32,000 nucleotides of DNA from Trueperaceae bacterium (GTDB lineage: Bacteria; Deinococcota; Deinococci; Deinococcales; Trueperaceae): the NCBI GenBank assembly GCA_965215565.1, contig CBDCDZ010000004.1, positions 3,655,185 to 3,687,184 on the forward strand, in the 5' to 3' direction. Shown here piece after piece: positions 27,966 through 32,000 of the stretch. Numbering within the stretch: position 1 is the first letter of the stretch; each line of letters begins with the position of its first letter. The notes beneath the pieces were generated by a model. That model was not told the DNA's origin, made no database searches, and saw only the letters and a program-made list of their open reading frames with translations. Both the position numbers and the translations under genes were made by a program.

Positions 27966-28721
27966 ATGGCAACGTATGATTTTGCGAACAAAGTCGCCCT
28001 CGTTACGGGCGCAGGCTCGGGCATCGGCGAGGCGTGCGCACTAACCCTGGCACGAGGTGGCGCGAAGGTTGTTGTAAGCGATGTCGACGCGACAGGCGGT
28101 GAGCGGGTGACGCAGGCAATTCGAGAGGGCGGAGGCGAAGCGACGTTCGTTAAGACCGACGTGTCCGACCCGGAGCAGGTCGAAGCGCTGGTGCAGCAGA
28201 CCCTAGACAATTACGGTCAGCTCGACATGGCGGTCAACAACGCAGGCATCGGCGGCGAGTCCAAGCCGACAGGCGAGTACAGTTTGGAGAGCTGGCATCA
28301 GGTTATGGGCGTCAACCTGCACGGCGTCTTCTACGGGCTGCGCTATCAGCTTCCCGCCATGCAAGAACGTGGCGGCGCGATCGTGAACATGGCGTCGATA
28401 CTCGGCAGCGTCGGTTTTGCGCAGTCGCCCGCCTACGTCACCGCGAAGCACGGCGTCGTGGGGCTCACCAAGAATGCGGCGCTCGAGTACTCCGCGCAAG
28501 GAATTCGGGTCAACGCGGTCGGTCCCGGTTTTATCAAGACGCCACTCTTAGACGAGAACTTGGACGACGAGACCCAGAAGATGCTCGCCGGGATGCACCC
28601 CATCGGGCGCATGGGTACAGCGCAAGAGGTCGCCAATTTGGTCGCCTTCTTGTGCTCGGACGACGCCTCGTTTGTGACCGGGAGCTACTACACGGTGGAC
28701 GGGGCGTACACGGCGCAGTAG
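27966..28721 (+). CDS. SDR-family NAD(P)-dependent oxidoreductase
   Basis: KVALVTGAGSGIGEA, VNNAGIG, YVTAKHGVVGLTKNAALEYSAQGIRVNAVGPGFIKTPL. Confidence 0.96.
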   Translation: MATYDFANKVALVTGAGSGIGEACALTLARGGAKVVVSDVDATGGERVTQAIREGGGEATFVKTDVSDPEQVEALVQQTLDNYGQLDMAVNNAGIGGESKPTGEYSLESWHQVMGVNLHGVFYGLRYQLPAMQERGGAIVNMASILGSVGFAQSPAYVTAKHGVVGLTKNAALEYSAQGIRVNAVGPGFIKTPLLDENLDDETQKMLAGMHPIGRMGTAQEVANLVAFLCSDDASFVTGSYYTVDGAYTAQ

Positions 28722-29936
28722 CTACTCGATGATTTCTAGCACGTCCTTAGGCTCAATCTTGCCCTTAAACCAGATCACCTTGGCGCGGGTCTTGCTCACG
28801 TCCACACCCGCACCCTCGAGGTTGAGCCGTTCGGAGACCGCCAAGACCAGGTCGTCCCTGCCCGACTTCTCCACCTGCATAAACTTTTTGCGCAGATACT
28901 CAGGACGCCAGTAGCCCACGATCTCGAAGAGAAAACTGCGTCCATCGGGGTGGACCAGGCGGAAGTCTGGGATCATCACACTGCCGGGGATGGGGACGAG
29001 GTCGACTTCGCGCTCCAAGCGCCACTCGGTCTGTTGGGTGTCCCAGCGCTTGGACAGGGCTTGCTCGAGGATGGAGTCGTAGACCTTCCCCTTCTTGTAG
29101 TGGGAGACCAAGCCACTGTTGGGCTCGAGTGTATACCTCGCTTCTTCGGGCACACCGTCGTAGGTCTGCTTAGGATTCAAGACTGCCGTCATCTGCCAGC
29201 GGGTGACATGTAAAAGGGCGGGGAGGAACTTGGCCAAGTCCACACCATAGCGCGTGGAGGCTTTGAACAAACTATTCGGACCGTCCACTGTAATGGTGAA
29301 GCCGTGCTCAGGGTCGCCCTCAATATAGGCGAGTAAGCGAAAGAGCTTCAGGTAGCGGAAGAGCTGCTTGTACTCGCCGGGGTCGTTGCGATACGCCGTT
29401 AGGACGAGCTCGCTGGCGCGGTAGAGGACGCCCTGCGCTTGCGAGAGGTTGTAGCGGTGGATGAGGGCGTCAGGGGTAGGGGACTCGAAGCTCACCATGA
29501 TCTGGTTCTCCGCTAGGTCGGCATAGAGTCCGGCTCTGACTTGACTGGGTTCGACGTGGGTCTCGAGTTCTCGGCTCAGGGCGTCGGCGACTTCGCTGTG
29601 AATAGCCGTCTCCACCGCTTCGTCCGGTGCTTGCCTTGCAGCCAAAGCGAAGGCCCGCTCCCTAAGCTCTTCCGGTTCTAAGGGGCTGACCGTCTCGAAC
29701 TCAGCAAAGCCGGAGGTAAGGAGATGGGCCAACCCTCGTTTGACCCGGTAGTCCGTCTCTTCCCCCTCGAGCAGTTGCAACTCGGTATCGAGCACGTGAC
29801 GCGGCTTATTCAAGCAAGCACAGAAGACCTGAATGAGTTCTTGCGCCGTCGCCAGGTTCCCTTTACTCAGCTCGAGCCACTTGGGGACGATCTCCTCACC
29901 GTTGTAGCGGTGCATCAACAGCTCGCTCGGCAGCAC
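28722..29936 (-). CDS. DUF790/Bax1-like nuclease
   Basis: Starts MLPSELL...RYNGEEIVPKWL; YNLSQAQGVLYRAS; nuclease-like C-terminus PDFRLVHPDGRSFLFEIVGYWRPEYLRKKFMQVEKSGRDDLVLAVSE; 1-nt overlap (TAGTG) with upstream XPB-like helicase. Confidence 0.82.
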   Translation of the reverse strand: MLPSELLMHRYNGEEIVPKWLELSKGNLATAQELIQVFCACLNKPRHVLDTELQLLEGEETDYRVKRGLAHLLTSGFAEFETVSPLEPEELRERAFALAARQAPDEAVETAIHSEVADALSRELETHVEPSQVRAGLYADLAENQIMVSFESPTPDALIHRYNLSQAQGVLYRASELVLTAYRNDPGEYKQLFRYLKLFRLLAYIEGDPEHGFTITVDGPNSLFKASTRYGVDLAKFLPALLHVTRWQMTAVLNPKQTYDGVPEEARYTLEPNSGLVSHYKKGKVYDSILEQALSKRWDTQQTEWRLEREVDLVPIPGSVMIPDFRLVHPDGRSFLFEIVGYWRPEYLRKKFMQVEKSGRDDLVLAVSERLNLEGAGVDVSKTRAKVIWFKGKIEPKDVLEIIE

Positions 29937-31381
29937 TACAGATCCTCGAAGCTCAGACTATCTTGGATTGGCACGTGCTCCATCACTGCTTTAGTCGGCT
30001 TCTTGAGGGGTTGCCCTTCACCCCGCCTGCGCCTTGAGACCCCCTCCTCGCTGGTGTTCTCGGCGATGACCTCATATAAGACCGCGAGCTTGCCCTCACC
30101 CTTGCGCAGGATTCTACCTAAGCGCTGCACGTACTCCCGTGTCGTGCCCGTCCCCGACATCACGATGGCGACGTTGGCTTCGGGTACGTCAACGCCTTCG
30201 TTCAGAACCCGCGAGGTCACGATACGCGGGTAAACCCCTTCTTTGAACTTCACTAAGGTGCTGTGCCGCTCTTTAACCTTCGTCTGATGCGTAATCGCAG
30301 GAATCAGATAGGTCTGCGACACCTTGTAGACCATCGCGTTGTCGTCTGTAAAGACAAGTACCCTATCGTGTTCGTGCCGTTGCAGCAGCTCAAGCAACAC
30401 CCTCAGCTTCCCTTCAGTTCCAAACGCAATCGAACGTGCCTCGCGGTGCGCCAACATCGCCGCCCGTCCCTCTTTACTCCTCGCACTCTCCCTGACGAAG
30501 CGTTGCCAGCCCTCGAGCGTCCCGAGACGGATACCGCGTCCTTGCAGGAAGTTGTTCCTCAGCTCCATATATGCGTCGTAACGCTTGCGTTCGTCGTCCG
30601 TCAGCTCGACCTTGATCTGCTCGATGCGGTGCTCGGCTAGGGCGTGACCGGAGAGTTCTTGCGGTGTCTTGCTGTGAACAACGGGGCCGACGAGCGTTTT
30701 TAGGTCCTCATGCTTACCGTCACCACGCTCTAAGGTCGCGGAGAGCCCTAAGCGGTAGGGTGCGAGTGAATACTCGGCAATCACTCGGGTGAAGTCCGCC
30801 GGTAGGTGGTGACACTCGTCGAAGATGAGTAAGCCGTAGCGACTACCGAGCTTCTCTGCGTAGATGGCGGCGCTGTCATACGTCGCCACTAGAATCGGAC
30901 TCTCGTCTTTACTGCCGCCACCAAGCAATCCTATCTCCGTCTCCGGGAAGGCGACCTCGAGCCCGGCGTACCACTGGTGCATGAGGTCCAACGTCGGCAC
31001 AACGATGAGCGTACTCCTGGGCGTGGCTTGCATTGCCAAGTAAGCGACGAAGGTCTTGCCTGCGCCTGTAGGTAGCTCAGCGATACCTCGGCGTCCTGCC
31101 CTGAGCCAGGCGTCTAAGGCATCTTGCTGGTGCTCGTATGGAGCGTGTTCGCTGATTAGCTCGAGATTAAGCTCGCTCCAGCCCTTCGCCTTGTCGTTCA
31201 CCTCTATCCCATCGCGCTTCATCATTTCCAAAAAAGCACGGTACTGCATAGCGGGCAGGCGGAACTTCTCGATGCGGTCGTCCCAGGTGACAAAGTCGAG
31301 CCAGGCTCTGCCCTTGGGCGGGGGATGCAGGATCAAGGTGCCGCGGTCAAAGGTCAGGGTAGAGGTACGGGTGCGTGCCAC
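29936..31381 (-). CDS. XPB/Rad25-like SF2 DNA helicase
   Basis: YEHQQDALDAWLRAGRRGIAELPTGAGKT, LLIFDECHHLPA, RLGLSATLERGDGKHEDL, GVDVPEANVAIVMSGTGTTREYVQRLGRILRKGEGKLAVLYEVI. Confidence 0.93.
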   Translation of the reverse strand: MARTRTSTLTFDRGTLILHPPPKGRAWLDFVTWDDRIEKFRLPAMQYRAFLEMMKRDGIEVNDKAKGWSELNLELISEHAPYEHQQDALDAWLRAGRRGIAELPTGAGKTFVAYLAMQATPRSTLIVVPTLDLMHQWYAGLEVAFPETEIGLLGGGSKDESPILVATYDSAAIYAEKLGSRYGLLIFDECHHLPADFTRVIAEYSLAPYRLGLSATLERGDGKHEDLKTLVGPVVHSKTPQELSGHALAEHRIEQIKVELTDDERKRYDAYMELRNNFLQGRGIRLGTLEGWQRFVRESARSKEGRAAMLAHREARSIAFGTEGKLRVLLELLQRHEHDRVLVFTDDNAMVYKVSQTYLIPAITHQTKVKERHSTLVKFKEGVYPRIVTSRVLNEGVDVPEANVAIVMSGTGTTREYVQRLGRILRKGEGKLAVLYEVIAENTSEEGVSRRRRGEGQPLKKPTKAVMEHVPIQDSLSFEDL

Positions 31382-31435
31382 CTCGTTAGGCTAGCATTTG
31401 TAAGCGGACGGTTCGAGGGTCCGAGCAATTTCGAC

Positions 31436-32000
31436 TCAGAAAGTTTCTGTAACAAGCTCCGCTATCTCACAAGGAATAGTTGCCGCGACAATTGCGCCAA
31501 GGTTATATACTTCTTCCTCGACCCCGTCGAAGCGTTCCAAGCTGACATACCTGAGCAGCTCCGGGTCGAGGTCGCTCGCATCGCAAGCACACCCAACACC
31601 CTTATGACAGGTATAGGATCGGCTGATACAGCTATTCCCACACGCCTTACCCTTGCTACAAATTTTGCAACAACTCCTGACCTGCTGAGGCGGTTCATAC
31701 GTTGGCTCAGGCTGAGGTTCGGTCATTGTTGAGGCTTGAAGCTGGTCGTAAGCCGAGGTGCCCAGGAGGGCGAGGTTCTGCGCCACGTAATCAACGGCTC
31801 GCAGATCGTCCTCGTTGCGCACGCTGGGATCCGCCCCTAGCTCGAATAGCCTGAGTACCACCTCAGGGTTGGGATTATCCCGAACCGCGTACATCAGCGC
31901 CGTCCAGCCCGCTAAGCTGGTCACGTCAAGCGCTGCGCCCGCCTCAACTAGCAGCGAGACGACCTCCGGGTCCTCGTTGCCCGCGGCGTACATCAGGAGA
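31436..32000 (-). CDS. Ankyrin-repeat protein with Cys-rich C-terminal motif, 5' end outside window
   Basis: Repeats LMYAAGNEDPEVVSLLVEAGAALDVTSLAGWTALMYAVRDNPNPEVVLRLFELGADPSV; then CCKICSKGKACGNSCISRSYTCHKGVGCACDA; frame remains open to the window end. Confidence 0.88.
   Translation of the reverse strand, partial: LLMYAAGNEDPEVVSLLVEAGAALDVTSLAGWTALMYAVRDNPNPEVVLRLFELGADPSVRNEDDLRAVDYVAQNLALLGTSAYDQLQASTMTEPQPEPTYEPPQQVRSCCKICSKGKACGNSCISRSYTCHKGVGCACDASDLDPELLRYVSLERFDGVEEEVYNLGAIVAATIPCEIAELVTETF

Noticed and set aside
1-32000. tRNA, rRNA, CRISPR array and prophage structural genes
   Set aside because: None recognised on visual scan; a tRNAscan/Infernal run would be needed to exclude small RNAs formally.

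Overview
Deinococcota-like window (family-level impression only, no search run). It opens with the 3' part of an aldose 1-epimerase, then a PP2C phosphatase, a membrane Ser/Thr kinase with NHL repeats, a repeat-rich non-coding tract, and a second small kinase. Next come a 5'-truncated ComEC-like metallo-hydrolase abutting a transposon-end-like repeat array, a frameshifted orphan ORF, HU, a sulfotransferase and a lipoprotein. A SARP/MalT-like regulator follows, beside an IS3-family element with a disrupted orfB. The standout region is 16997-25457: a probable compact 7-deazaguanine DNA-modification (Dpd-like) island. It has a TGT-like DpdA with an extra C-terminal domain, a single-HKD PLD protein (DpdK-like), a 1295-aa DEAH helicase with Cys pairs (DpdJ-like), a YhhQ-type transporter, QueC, and an uncharacterised 243-aa protein. 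Downstream are decayed fragments (Excalibur-domain remnant, split esterase), a YczE-like membrane protein, an SDR, a Bax1/DUF790-XPB helicase pair, and an ankyrin protein with a Cys-rich C-terminal motif. All family calls come from motif reading; no database was searched.
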